A stretch of DNA of 64,000 nt, taken from assembly GCA_045863235.1 (NCBI GenBank), contig BTUM01000029.1, forward strand, positions 1 through 64,000, read 5' to 3'. Positions within the stretch are counted from its first letter, which is position 1. Every line of letters begins with the position of its first letter. The DNA comes from Candidatus Xenobia bacterium (GTDB lineage Bacteria > Vulcanimicrobiota > Xenobia > Xenobiales > QWHO01). The notes below the pieces were generated by a model that saw only the letters and a program-made list of their open reading frames with translations, did not search any database and had not been told where the DNA came from. Positions 10,501 to 18,517 of this stretch are shown here, in pieces. Made by a program: the position numbers and the translations under genes.

Positions 10501-13006
10501 GGCACAGACGGCCCAAAGTGGCCGGGTCGGGCTGCTCGATGGCCTGGAAGGCCTGCACTTCCTTGTCGTGCAGGCTGCGCCCGGCCTTGCCCAGCCCCAG
10601 CAGGGGCTCAAGCCGGCCGCCCTGGGCCCGATCCAGGGTGGACCCGGCCACCCGGGCGGGAAAGCCGGCCTTCAGCAAGCTCACGAAGCGCTCGCGCTCG
10701 CGCGGCCTATCCGTGGTGTAGGTCAAAGCGCAGGCTCCCGCGTCGCACTCGAGCCCCTTGACGAGACTCACCAGGGGAGTCAGGCAGGCCGGGTCCTCGC
10801 CACCCTCCAGGGCGCCCTTCACGGCGCCGATCAGGGCCAGGCGCACGGCCTGGTCTCCCAGCTCCTCCAGGCCGAGCTTGAAGGCGGCCTGGATTCGTTG
10901 CGACTGCCCCTGGCGCGGATCGGTCAGGGCCCGGGCGCACTCGATGGACGGATCCACCTCGCCGGTGACCTTGAGGATGCGCTGCAAGCAATCCAGGGCC
11001 GACTCGTTGCCGGCCTGCTCGGCCATGAAGCTGAAGGCGACGGGCACCTGATCGTAGTGATACTGACGCAACAAGGTGCTCTGGACATCGGTCATGCGGC
11101 CCTGCACCGTCTCCAGGCTGGCGCCCGTCTGCAAGAGCGCGCCCATGGCCTGCAGGGCCGAAGCCAGACCCTGCTTCTGGGCGCTCAGACCGCCGTAGTT
11201 GGAGTTGAAAGCGTGAAGGCCATCCAGCGCTTTCAGCCGCTGGTCCAGGGTGGTGGAGCCCGGCCAGCCTTCGATGGTGTGCAGAACCGACACCGTCTGC
11301 TCGCCCGTGCCGCGCTCCACCAGACCGGCCGCCAGGTCGCTGCGCGCGGGGTGGTTCTTCCAGTCGTCCAGGACGGGCCTGGGCTCGGCCAGCTTCGCCT
11401 TGTAGACCGAGCCGGCCAGCTTCTCGAGCTGGGCCAGTCCCCGGGGGTCGCGCTCGAGCACCGCCAGAAACTGCGGGCCAACCTTGGGGGCGCGCTCGCG
11501 CAGGGCGGCCAGCACGCCGACGCGCTCGGGGTGGTCGGCGATCGAGTCGAGCAGCGGCCCGATGCCAGCCGGAGGGACGCGGGCCTCGAGCAGGCGGCAC
11601 ACCCCGTCGAGACGGTCGGGATGGCTGGCGGCATAGGCCGCGGGAGCCGCCTCAGGGCTCTGCCCCAGCGCCTCCACCAGGCGCTGGGCCCGCTTGACGA
11701 CCTCGGACGGGGGCCTGCCGGCGGCGAGATCGGCCTGCACCAGCCCCCAGGCGAGGTTCTTGCCCGCCAGCGAGCCGGGAATCTTCCCCAACAGGTCGAT
11801 GCGCTCGGTCTGCGACAGCTTGCCAGCCGGCTCGGCCAGCTTGCGGGCCACCTCCAGCGCGTCCGAGGCGCTCCCCTGGAAGACCAGGGTCGTGAACAGT
11901 CCGATCTGAGCCGGGGTGGCCGGACAGAGCGAGCCCAGAGCCCCGAAGACCTCGTTGAAGCCCTCGTTGTAGTTGCGAGCCAGCGCGTTGCTCAGCTCGA
12001 CGCAGTTCTTGCGCGCCTCGCCCGAGCTCAGCCTGCTCTCGATCATGCCGTCGAAAGCCTTGCCCAGAAGCGAGAAGTCTGGATTGCCAGAGTGATAGCC
12101 TTGGAAGTAGTGGATGTCTTCCATCAGCCCCAGTCGGTCGCCCAGCTCGCCCCGGGTGGTGAGAGCCAACCCTTTGGCGAGCTTGCTCAGGTCGTGCTGT
12201 CCCAGCACCCGCCGCAGCGAGGCGTAGCTGCTCGCCTCAGGACCGCTCTCGAAGCGCGCCAGGTCGGCGGCCACCTCCTCTTTGCGAGGGTAGAAAGCGC
12301 ACAGATACTGCGCCACCGCCACCGGGTCGCCGGCCGCCGCCCGGGCCTTCCCGAGCCGCTCCTCGAGCTTGCCAAGATCCACCTGGCCCGGGTCGAGCCG
12401 CTGCACGGGTAGCTGCTGGAAGCGCACCGTGACGGGGGCCGGCTGCTCTTCGTGGGAGGGCCAGCCGGTGGTGAGGTAGTTGTAGGCGCCATAGGCATCG
12501 GTAGGGAAACCGCCCACCGTGAAGCTCAGGCCCCTGGAGGCCAGCTCCTTCAGCTGCTCGCCCAGCTCAGGCTCGGCCAGGGAAGCGGTGGAGCCCTGGC
12601 CGTGCAGGGCTTCGAGCTTGGCCAGGTCGGCCTCCCCGGTGAGAGGCAGGGCGGTCGCTTCGGGACTGGTCTTCACCTTGAGGCGCGCGTCGCCCATCCA
12701 ACTGGCGGCCTTCTCGGGCTTGACGGTCTTGTTGGGAGCCATGAACCAGAGCCGGAAGCGGCGCCGGACCTGGTATTCGACCGGGATGCGGGCCAGCCGC
12801 TCGGCCAGGGGCAGGCTGGCCAGGCCCGGCAGGGCGCTCAAAGTCGCATGATGAGCCTGCTGGAGGGGATCCACCTCGACGGAGGTCCGGCCGGGCTGGC
12901 CACCCTGCACCTCGGCCAGGTCCTGGGGCTGCTCGGAAGCCACCTGGCGCGGGCTGACCGCGGACAGGGGGAGAGAATGTGCCGGCAAGGAGGTGGGACG
13001 GATCAT
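7562..13006 (-). CDS. Giant (1814 aa) alpha-helical repeat protein with the shared C-terminal motif
   Basis: Long ORF with recurring PAGSTTLTER-x-EAF...GGL-x2-[NY]YQG blocks. Ser/Pro-rich N-terminus. Ends in LRDEADRVVFSGVMVKKRR. Confidence 0.8.
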   Translation of the reverse strand: MIRPTSLPAHSLPLSAVSPRQVASEQPQDLAEVQGGQPGRTSVEVDPLQQAHHATLSALPGLASLPLAERLARIPVEYQVRRRFRLWFMAPNKTVKPEKAASWMGDARLKVKTSPEATALPLTGEADLAKLEALHGQGSTASLAEPELGEQLKELASRGLSFTVGGFPTDAYGAYNYLTTGWPSHEEQPAPVTVRFQQLPVQRLDPGQVDLGKLEERLGKARAAAGDPVAVAQYLCAFYPRKEEVAADLARFESGPEASSYASLRRVLGQHDLSKLAKGLALTTRGELGDRLGLMEDIHYFQGYHSGNPDFSLLGKAFDGMIESRLSSGEARKNCVELSNALARNYNEGFNEVFGALGSLCPATPAQIGLFTTLVFQGSASDALEVARKLAEPAGKLSQTERIDLLGKIPGSLAGKNLAWGLVQADLAAGRPPSEVVKRAQRLVEALGQSPEAAPAAYAASHPDRLDGVCRLLEARVPPAGIGPLLDSIADHPERVGVLAALRERAPKVGPQFLAVLERDPRGLAQLEKLAGSVYKAKLAEPRPVLDDWKNHPARSDLAAGLVERGTGEQTVSVLHTIEGWPGSTTLDQRLKALDGLHAFNSNYGGLSAQKQGLASALQAMGALLQTGASLETVQGRMTDVQSTLLRQYHYDQVPVAFSFMAEQAGNESALDCLQRILKVTGEVDPSIECARALTDPRQGQSQRIQAAFKLGLEELGDQAVRLALIGAVKGALEGGEDPACLTPLVSLVKGLECDAGACALTYTTDRPRERERFVSLLKAGFPARVAGSTLDRAQGGRLEPLLGLGKAGRSLHDKEVQAFQAIEQPDPATLGRLCQAFGQRPVVAAPLAELFRAELNGKREEVEVLSRLHEQSRFTAPQTVELYRALAVPAGSSTLTERLEAFLGSGGLNSNYQGPGQKVELAVKHAEALRAQLASGATVKEATAALTSLWNGLYHGYHGQDAGQALEHLAGLGKSPRRELYLGLLGQRYEVGSAVHASNLVAEPAGNTRVEQRIQAFHELELASLSLPVRESQFQAYRSEVGAGQTSQAAVAKLQSLQKAVGQWAEAEVCKAFDHVAEHLAGPRPEFTALLEQLQAGVKPSVAVAALERARSSGDLGRLQGLKGLGKAGHLLDDRVAAAFQEAQEKALSGGVSSHTAGLTLARVADAVGARQLRGDVAARAAGYWGEKLAGKVEASEIFARLIQEQQSPEAAICLLELMQEPAGSTTLTERYEAFVEVGGLSRYYQGDPGKNHDFAASFYRALAAPLQNGARLAEVKQQLTGVWKTQNWNREVLRPVFAQLAELGAHPDERAFLASLITGQWEPDQAVATSRELHRDLGRTSFSERKQAFETLELAYEYGRNAAVLEALRKEVEQGARIDRAAAELKSLTGGLSERHACTAARAWSNELLGKPEQRKHFAAMVGAAVPPGVALATVQNAPADHLAAHSRLVGQLGGYGDSLSSDLARGFTAALDQHGQPDELELLAKTLADRKLPGEPALALYNQKLAGRTEAVQAFARLLELYPAHAAPLLGDLEATGGDYRKRIEALQEVGSFQQASIYRLTWLPQVHQKLLYAGEQAGLPNAEVRQLVTRNLGLTGWGLTESKPVLELLLDPPKDMLRWSGVFEDLLRHHESVEVCQTAHLSLKDLPSEALDMYPQFRASGVAPREALGLLEALKQPVGPTSLEDRRKAFEQLCQVSSTDGRSLMRRTWGMLVTLPDVSSGQLPTLAEIYRKLIELGQTSAQAADLVSNIYAAEQAKGVTPEELQKRLDNIAEVAKLEIRPDTGAAILRDEADRVVFSGVMVKKRRAPTS

Positions 13007-13039
13007 TCATGCGGTGATTGGCTTTTGCGGCACGAAGTT

Positions 13040-13073
13040 CCTACAGACTTCTTTCAGAGCATGGTGCTATGGT
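13040..13073 (+). promoter_or_regulatory. Direct-repeat box promoter (CCTACAG-N4-CTTTCAG-N10-TATGGT)
   Basis: TACAG 13042-13046, CTTTCAG 13051-13057, TATGGT 13068-13073. Lies between the divergent 1814-aa gene and the PilZ gene. Confidence 0.6.
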
Positions 13074-13174
13074 ACTCGTGTGTAGAGTGACTTGTATGGA
13101 GGCGCCCCCGAAGGATAGGCAAACCTTCATCACGGAACGCTCAACACGCGGGGGGAGAGCGGGAGACCAAATCG

Positions 13175-13543
13175 ATGAGCGTGGTGCGCAGCAAAGACCG
13201 CCGGAGCGCAGAGCGCCAGGCGGACCGACGGGTCTATGCACGGGCCCACAAGATCGTCCCGGTGTGGTATCGCCACGAAGGAAAAGACCGGCGTGGATGC
13301 GCCCTGGACCTCGGCACCGAAGGGGCCTGCCTGATCGCTGAGGTGGCTTTCGCAGCCTCCGAGGAGTTCGAGCTGGTCCTGCAACTGGAGGAGGAGCTCG
13401 AGGTGCGAGCCTCCGCCCGCGTGCTGTGGAGCGACCCGGCGCCGGATCAGAAGACCCACATGCTGGGCGTGAGCTTCAAGTCCTTCAAGTCGGGGGACAA
13501 GGCGGCGCTGGGGAGCTGGGTGCAGCGTTACGGACGCGTTTGA
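13175..13543 (+). CDS. PilZ-domain protein (c-di-GMP receptor-like)
   Basis: RxxxR motifs (DRRSAER, ERQADRR) and DLGTEGA (D-x-[SG]-x-x-G), followed by ARVLW...GVSF. Confidence 0.8.
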   Translation: MSVVRSKDRRSAERQADRRVYARAHKIVPVWYRHEGKDRRGCALDLGTEGACLIAEVAFAASEEFELVLQLEEELEVRASARVLWSDPAPDQKTHMLGVSFKSFKSGDKAALGSWVQRYGRV

Positions 13544-13691
13544 CCAGCTCGCGCGGGAGCTGGCCAGGGCCAGACAGGCCCCAGCGCTCGACCAGCTTTT
13601 GACGGCACGCCTGCCAGCACGATTGGACGCAGGCCCATCCCTCCCGCAAGCAGAACTCCGGGTCGTGCAGCTCAAGATCCCCTCCACCTGA

Positions 13692-14516
13692 ATGGAGAAG
13701 CTCGACCGCCTCGGGTGGGCGGGCGGCGTGGCGGTGGCCCCTTATGGCGTGACCATCGGGGTTCGCGTGAGCCGTTCCGGAGAAGCTCTGCAGGCGGTGG
13801 AGCGCCTGCTCCTGCCTCACTGGGAGCGCCAATTCAGCGACGGTTTCCAGGGGAACGTCGACCAGTTGTTCTCGCTGCGTGTGGGCGGAGAGGGCCCGCG
13901 CCCAGGTGTGCGCAATTACCACCTGCTCTACGACGGCGCGGCGCGCGTGGCCCGCAGCCACGACCTGGACGAGGTCCTGCGCGTTCTCGAGGGCCGACTC
14001 CACCTGTGGGTGGGCGCCACCGCCCGCGACCGGGTCTTCGTGCACGCCGGGGTGGTGGGCTGGCGGGGCCAGGCGATCGTTCTCCCCGGGCGCACCATGA
14101 CAGGAAAATCCAGCCTGGTCAGCGCCCTGGTGTCCCGCGGAGCCACCTTCTACTCCGACGAGTACGCGGTGCTCGATCCGGAGGGGCTCGTGCACTCTTA
14201 CCCGCGCCCCCTCTCGCTGCGCGAGCCAGCCCGTCGGGTGGCTCCCGAGCAACTCGGCGGCGGGCCGGACCTACCTCCCCTCCCGGTGGGGTTGGTGCTG
14301 CAAACGCGCTATCGCGACCAGAGCCGCTTCGCCCCGAGAGCAGTCTCGACCCGGGCCGCCGTGATGGGCCTGATGGCCAACGCGCTCTCGGCCGTGCTCA
14401 ACCCGGAGCTGAACATGCGGGTGCTGCCCCTGGTGGCGTCCCGCGCCCTGCGACTGAGCGGCCCCCGTCCGGAGGCCGGCGACATGGCGGACCGGTTGCT
14501 GCGTCGCCTGTCGTAG
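13692..14516 (+). CDS. HPr kinase-related P-loop kinase
   Basis: FVHAGVV...AIVLPGRTMTGKSSLVSALVSRGATFYSDE, the typical HprK-like signature. Confidence 0.75.
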   Translation: MEKLDRLGWAGGVAVAPYGVTIGVRVSRSGEALQAVERLLLPHWERQFSDGFQGNVDQLFSLRVGGEGPRPGVRNYHLLYDGAARVARSHDLDEVLRVLEGRLHLWVGATARDRVFVHAGVVGWRGQAIVLPGRTMTGKSSLVSALVSRGATFYSDEYAVLDPEGLVHSYPRPLSLREPARRVAPEQLGGGPDLPPLPVGLVLQTRYRDQSRFAPRAVSTRAAVMGLMANALSAVLNPELNMRVLPLVASRALRLSGPRPEAGDMADRLLRRLS

Positions 14517-14564
14517 AGATTTCCCCTCACCGGGAAACAGCAGCTGAGCGGTGAACTTGTCCTC

Positions 14565-15206
14565 ATGCTCGCATGGGGGATACTGCTTCTGGGTGGGCTG
14601 ATTCTACTGTCAGCCTGGGGATCGATCCCACCGACCTGGGTGGTGCACTGGAACGCGCACGGACAGCCGGACGGCTGGGCCCAGCGCACCCCGCTGGGAG
14701 TCTTCGGGCCCCTGCTCTTCGGAGCGTTCCTGGTGGGCTTGATGCAGGGCCTCAAGCCGCTCCTGCGCACCCAGCAGAGCCCCTGGGGGCACGGGCCGGA
14801 GGCGTCCCGAAGGCTGGCCGATCTGGGCGCCGAGTCGCTGGATGCGGTGGCGACGGCGATGGCGTTGAGCAGCGCTGCCATTGCCATCATCCTGCCCCTG
14901 GTCCCGGGGCAGCTCGGCCTGGTGCTGGGGGTGAGCTTTCTGAGCGTCGCTCTGGCGCTCGTGCGCATCGTGCAGCGAAACCAGCAGGTTCTCAAGGAGC
15001 TGCGCGATCAGGGAGTCGACCTGAAAGGCTTCTCGGGACTGGCCTACAGCAACCCGGACGATCCCCGGCTCTGGGTTCCCAAGCTTTCCGGGATGGGCAC
15101 CACCATCAACTTCGCCCACCCGATGGGCTGGCCGGTGATGATCGCCCTGGTGGCCATGCCGCTGGCGATGGTGGGGTTGGTCCTCTTCTTCGCACTACGC
15201 CCTTAG
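14565..15206 (+). CDS. DUF1648/DUF5808 membrane protein (SdpI/YhfL-like)
   Basis: VHWNAHGQPDGW (DUF1648) and YSNPDDPRLWVPKLSGMGTTINFAHP (DUF5808), plus TM helices. Confidence 0.8.
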   Translation: MLAWGILLLGGLILLSAWGSIPPTWVVHWNAHGQPDGWAQRTPLGVFGPLLFGAFLVGLMQGLKPLLRTQQSPWGHGPEASRRLADLGAESLDAVATAMALSSAAIAIILPLVPGQLGLVLGVSFLSVALALVRIVQRNQQVLKELRDQGVDLKGFSGLAYSNPDDPRLWVPKLSGMGTTINFAHPMGWPVMIALVAMPLAMVGLVLFFALRP

Positions 15207-15289
15207 AGCAACGATCGCTGCCTGTGCAATGAACTCTCAGTCCGATCGCCCGTGCCACAACACTTCAAAACTGCCCGTTTCGTGGCAAT

Positions 15290-16105
15290 CTAGAGCCGCA
15301 CGCGCACCTTGGCTTTGGGTCGAAGCTCCACCGAAGTGTCCGAATCACCCCGCAACTCGGGCCCGATGATCACGCTGACGGCCGCCTTCTTGCCGACCAG
15401 GGTGGTCTCGAAGTCGCGCCGCACCCCGACCAGCATCGAATAGTCAAACCGGTTGGCCGGCTCGGCCGAGTGTCCCTGAACGCGGTAGCTGTAGCTCTGA
15501 CGGCCCTCGGCCGCCCAGCTCAGTGGCTGGCCGAGCACGCTGAAGGAGCCACCCTTGAGCTCCTGGCGCATCTGAAAGCCCACCCGGGTGGTGTTGTGGG
15601 CCAGATCCCGATAAGCTCCGGCCGAGACCTCGAAGAGGGCAGGACGGTCCGTCATGATCGTTCCCTCCCAGCGCCGGAAGGCTTCCAGGTTCAGCGAGGC
15701 CTGGCTGGTCGAGAAGGTGGTGTACTCGCCATGCACGCGGCCGCGCAGGCCCTGAGTGACCGTGGAGCCATCGTTCCGGGTCATCTCCCGCGAGAGCTCG
15801 CTGTCCAGCCACTCGCCCTTGAGCTTGAGGCCGAGCTTTCCGTCCTCGAGTCGAGGCCTGACGTCCAGATCGGCCGGGCGCACGCGCAGGGTGTAATCGC
15901 CCAGGCGCGTCCTGGTCTCCTCCGCCTCGGCGGGCTGGGGAGCCAGGGCCGCTCCCGCCAGAGCAAGAGCGCTGAGCGCTTTGGACATCGCCATGAAGTC
16001 ACCCTCCTCCCCTGCGGGCTGAAAGGTATCCAGCATGAAGGCGGGCGTCGAGCGGTTGAAGACTCGCCCGGCTGAGGCTCCCTGGCTGTAGTTCACGGCG
16101 ATCAT
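15290..16105 (-). CDS. Putative outer-membrane beta-barrel-like protein with an internal signal peptide
   Basis: Amphipathic beta-strand pattern and C-terminal KAKVRVRL. Signal-like MSKALSALALAGAALAPQPAEA begins ~38 aa in. ATG 16105 sits 6 nt after a -10 box; an alternative SD-led start exists at 15994. Confidence 0.55.
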   Translation of the reverse strand: MIAVNYSQGASAGRVFNRSTPAFMLDTFQPAGEEGDFMAMSKALSALALAGAALAPQPAEAEETRTRLGDYTLRVRPADLDVRPRLEDGKLGLKLKGEWLDSELSREMTRNDGSTVTQGLRGRVHGEYTTFSTSQASLNLEAFRRWEGTIMTDRPALFEVSAGAYRDLAHNTTRVGFQMRQELKGGSFSVLGQPLSWAAEGRQSYSYRVQGHSAEPANRFDYSMLVGVRRDFETTLVGKKAAVSVIIGPELRGDSDTSVELRPKAKVRVRL

Positions 16106-16111
16106 GGCCTC

Positions 16112-16145
16112 ACTGTAGCCGAACCGACTGAAAGGATCCTGCATC
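16112..16145 (-). promoter_or_regulatory. Direct-repeat box promoter (GATGCAG-N4-CTTTCAG-N10-TACAGT-N6-ATG)
   Basis: Read on the minus strand upstream of ATG 16105, with spacing identical to the 4495 and 36870 boxes. Confidence 0.7.
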
Positions 16146-16169
16146 GGGCAGCCGAACCCGAGGCATCCC

Positions 16170-17864
16170 ATGCAAGGCACAGAATTCATCCTCTCCACCC
16201 TTCCCCCGCATCTTTTCATGTTCGTCGGCGGGCTCGTGGACCCGTTTCTGCCGGCCGTCGCCAACGGCCCCGTGACGCCGGTGGTGGCCGCCAATGAGGC
16301 CGGCGCCGTCTACGCCGCCGACGGCTACGCCCGGGCCACCCGCACTTACGGGGCCGTGCTGATGATCGGGGGCCCCGGCGCCTTCAACGCCGTGGGGGGC
16401 GTGGGGGCGGCCAGCGCCGACGGCGTGCCCCTGCTGGTCATCACGGGTGAGACGGCCACCAACCTGCAGGGTCGCGGCGCCTTCCAGGATGCCTCGGCAG
16501 TTGGGGTCAGCGACCTTCCCGTGTTCGAATCGATGACCGGATTCTCGCACCACGTGCCCTCGCCGCCCGCCCTGGTCCACTACCTGCGCCAGGCCCACAA
16601 CACCATGCTGGGACACCGTCGTCCGGTGCACCTGGCCGTGCCTAAAGACGTGCAACAGGCCGAGGTAGGCCATCCGGTCTGGCACCCTGCACCGATCGGG
16701 CCGCCCCGTATGCTCGACCAGGACGCCTTCGACCGCTTCGCGCTGGAGGCCCTGAGCAAAGCCACCAACATCGCCATTCTGGCCGGGGGAGGCACGCTGG
16801 CCTCGGACGCCAGCGCCGAGCTGCTGGCCGCCGCTGAAGCCCTGCAGATTCCCGTGGCCACCACGTTTCGGGCCAAAGGGGCGCTGAGCGAGGACCACCC
16901 CCTCTCGCTGGGAATGTTCGGGTACGCCGGCCATCCTCCGGCCGAGGAGTGCCTCACCAGCCCTGATCTGGAGGCCCTGCTGGTGCTCGGCTCCAGTCTC
17001 AACCAGCGGGACACGCTGGACTGGAACCGCCGCCTTCAGCCCAAACTGGGACTGGCCTCGGTCAACCTGGACGCGGCCACCATCGGGCGCGACTTCCCGG
17101 TCAGCCACCCGGTGGTGGGCGACGTGCGCACCGCCCTGAGACGGCTGATCAGCCCCGACGCTCCCTGGGCCGAGGCTCTGCGACACAGCGCCGCGGCCCG
17201 CCGGTCCTGGGCCGACGGCTATCTCTCCCGGCCCCGCTTTCTCAATCCCGAGCACCTGACCAGCGACGAGACACCCATCCATCCCGCCCGCATCGTCGGC
17301 GAGCTGAGGAAGGCTCTGCCCCGCGACGCGGCCCTGCTGATCGACTCGGGCGCCCACCGCGCCTTCGCCGGGCACTACTTCCCCATCTATCAGCCCAACC
17401 GTCTGTTCAGCGCCACCGGGCTGGGACCGATGGGCTGGGCCATCGCGGCCAGCATCGGGGTGGCCACCGCCCTGCCCGGCACGAAGGTGGCCGTCATCAC
17501 CGGCGACGGCTGCATGTTGCAAAACGGCCTCGAGCTGGTCACGGCCGCCCGCCACAAGCTGGACATCCTCTACGTGGTCTGCAATAACTCGGCTCTGGGA
17601 AACGTTTACCTGCGGGCCAAGAAGGTCGGGCCCGGTCCGGCCTCGCTGACCGAGCTGCCCACTCTGGACTGGACCGCCTTCGCCAACTCGCTGGGAGTCG
17701 CTGGGATCACGGTGGAGGAGCCCTCGGGGCTGGCTCCGGCCTTTGCCCGCTTCCTCGAGCAGGGCGGCCCCCTGCTCGTGGACGTGCGCTGCGACCGCGA
17801 GGCGGCCACTCCGGTGGGCCCCTGGACGGAAGCGCTGAGCCATCCCGACATCTACGCGGAGTAG
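16170..17864 (+). CDS. Thiamine pyrophosphate-binding enzyme (acetolactate synthase large subunit-like)
   Basis: NEAGAVYAADGYAR, GPGAFN, GLGPMGWAI and the GDGC...NN TPP-binding motif. Confidence 0.9.
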   Translation: MQGTEFILSTLPPHLFMFVGGLVDPFLPAVANGPVTPVVAANEAGAVYAADGYARATRTYGAVLMIGGPGAFNAVGGVGAASADGVPLLVITGETATNLQGRGAFQDASAVGVSDLPVFESMTGFSHHVPSPPALVHYLRQAHNTMLGHRRPVHLAVPKDVQQAEVGHPVWHPAPIGPPRMLDQDAFDRFALEALSKATNIAILAGGGTLASDASAELLAAAEALQIPVATTFRAKGALSEDHPLSLGMFGYAGHPPAEECLTSPDLEALLVLGSSLNQRDTLDWNRRLQPKLGLASVNLDAATIGRDFPVSHPVVGDVRTALRRLISPDAPWAEALRHSAAARRSWADGYLSRPRFLNPEHLTSDETPIHPARIVGELRKALPRDAALLIDSGAHRAFAGHYFPIYQPNRLFSATGLGPMGWAIAASIGVATALPGTKVAVITGDGCMLQNGLELVTAARHKLDILYVVCNNSALGNVYLRAKKVGPGPASLTELPTLDWTAFANSLGVAGITVEEPSGLAPAFARFLEQGGPLLVDVRCDREAATPVGPWTEALSHPDIYAE

Positions 17865-17867
17865 CCC

Positions 17868-18404
17868 GTGGCCAGCATTCGCGACCTGACAAGCCACCTC
17901 ACCCCGGAACTCCAGAAGAAGCGCCAGGAGATGCTGGAGCAGCGCCAACTGCCCAACCTGGGCTTCTATGATCAGCTGATGGTTTATCCGGAGCTGTTCG
18001 AAAGGCTCAGCGAGCTGGGCAGCTTCGTGCGCTTTCACTCCAGCTTGAGCGACCCGGTGCGCGAGGCGACCATCCTGATGACGGGCGTGGAGCTGAAGAG
18101 CGAGTTGGAGTGGTCCACCCACCAGGAGCCCGCCAGGCGGGCCGGATTGAGCCCGGAGCTGCTGCACCGCATCGGCTCGGGGAGCGCCCTCGACCCCGAG
18201 CACGAACGCTTGCGCCAGTTAGTGCGGACGGTGACCGCCCAGCAGAGCGTGCCTCAGGCCCTCTTCGACGAGCTGGTCGAGGCCTACACGTTGCAGGGAG
18301 CGGTGGAGCTGGTCACGCTGGTCTCCATGTACCGCATGTTTGCGGCTCTGGGCGCGGCCTTCGACTCGGTCATGCCGGGCGGCGCCGCCCCCCCCTGGTC
18401 CTGA
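17868..18404 (+). CDS. Carboxymuconolactone decarboxylase/AhpD-like protein
   Basis: SSLSDPVREATIL...EWSTHQEPARRAGLS...LFDELVEAY...VELVTLVSMY. Lies 3 nt after the TPP enzyme gene. Confidence 0.75.
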   Translation: MASIRDLTSHLTPELQKKRQEMLEQRQLPNLGFYDQLMVYPELFERLSELGSFVRFHSSLSDPVREATILMTGVELKSELEWSTHQEPARRAGLSPELLHRIGSGSALDPEHERLRQLVRTVTAQQSVPQALFDELVEAYTLQGAVELVTLVSMYRMFAALGAAFDSVMPGGAAPPWS

Positions 18405-18517
18405 CCTGCATTGAGAAGGAAACTGGTGTGACCAGGCAACGTTCTGTTTACACAGATTACAGTTTCGCAACATTGTCCGGGGTGTCGAAAGGCCAACTGG
18501 TGGGATAAGGTCAGTGT

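Noticed and set aside
8294..12412. 1372-aa plus-strand ORF and similar long antisense ORFs (23404-27552 upstream part, 50117-52687, 53588-58174)
   Set aside because: Shadow frames of real genes in high-GC DNA with no recognisable motifs.
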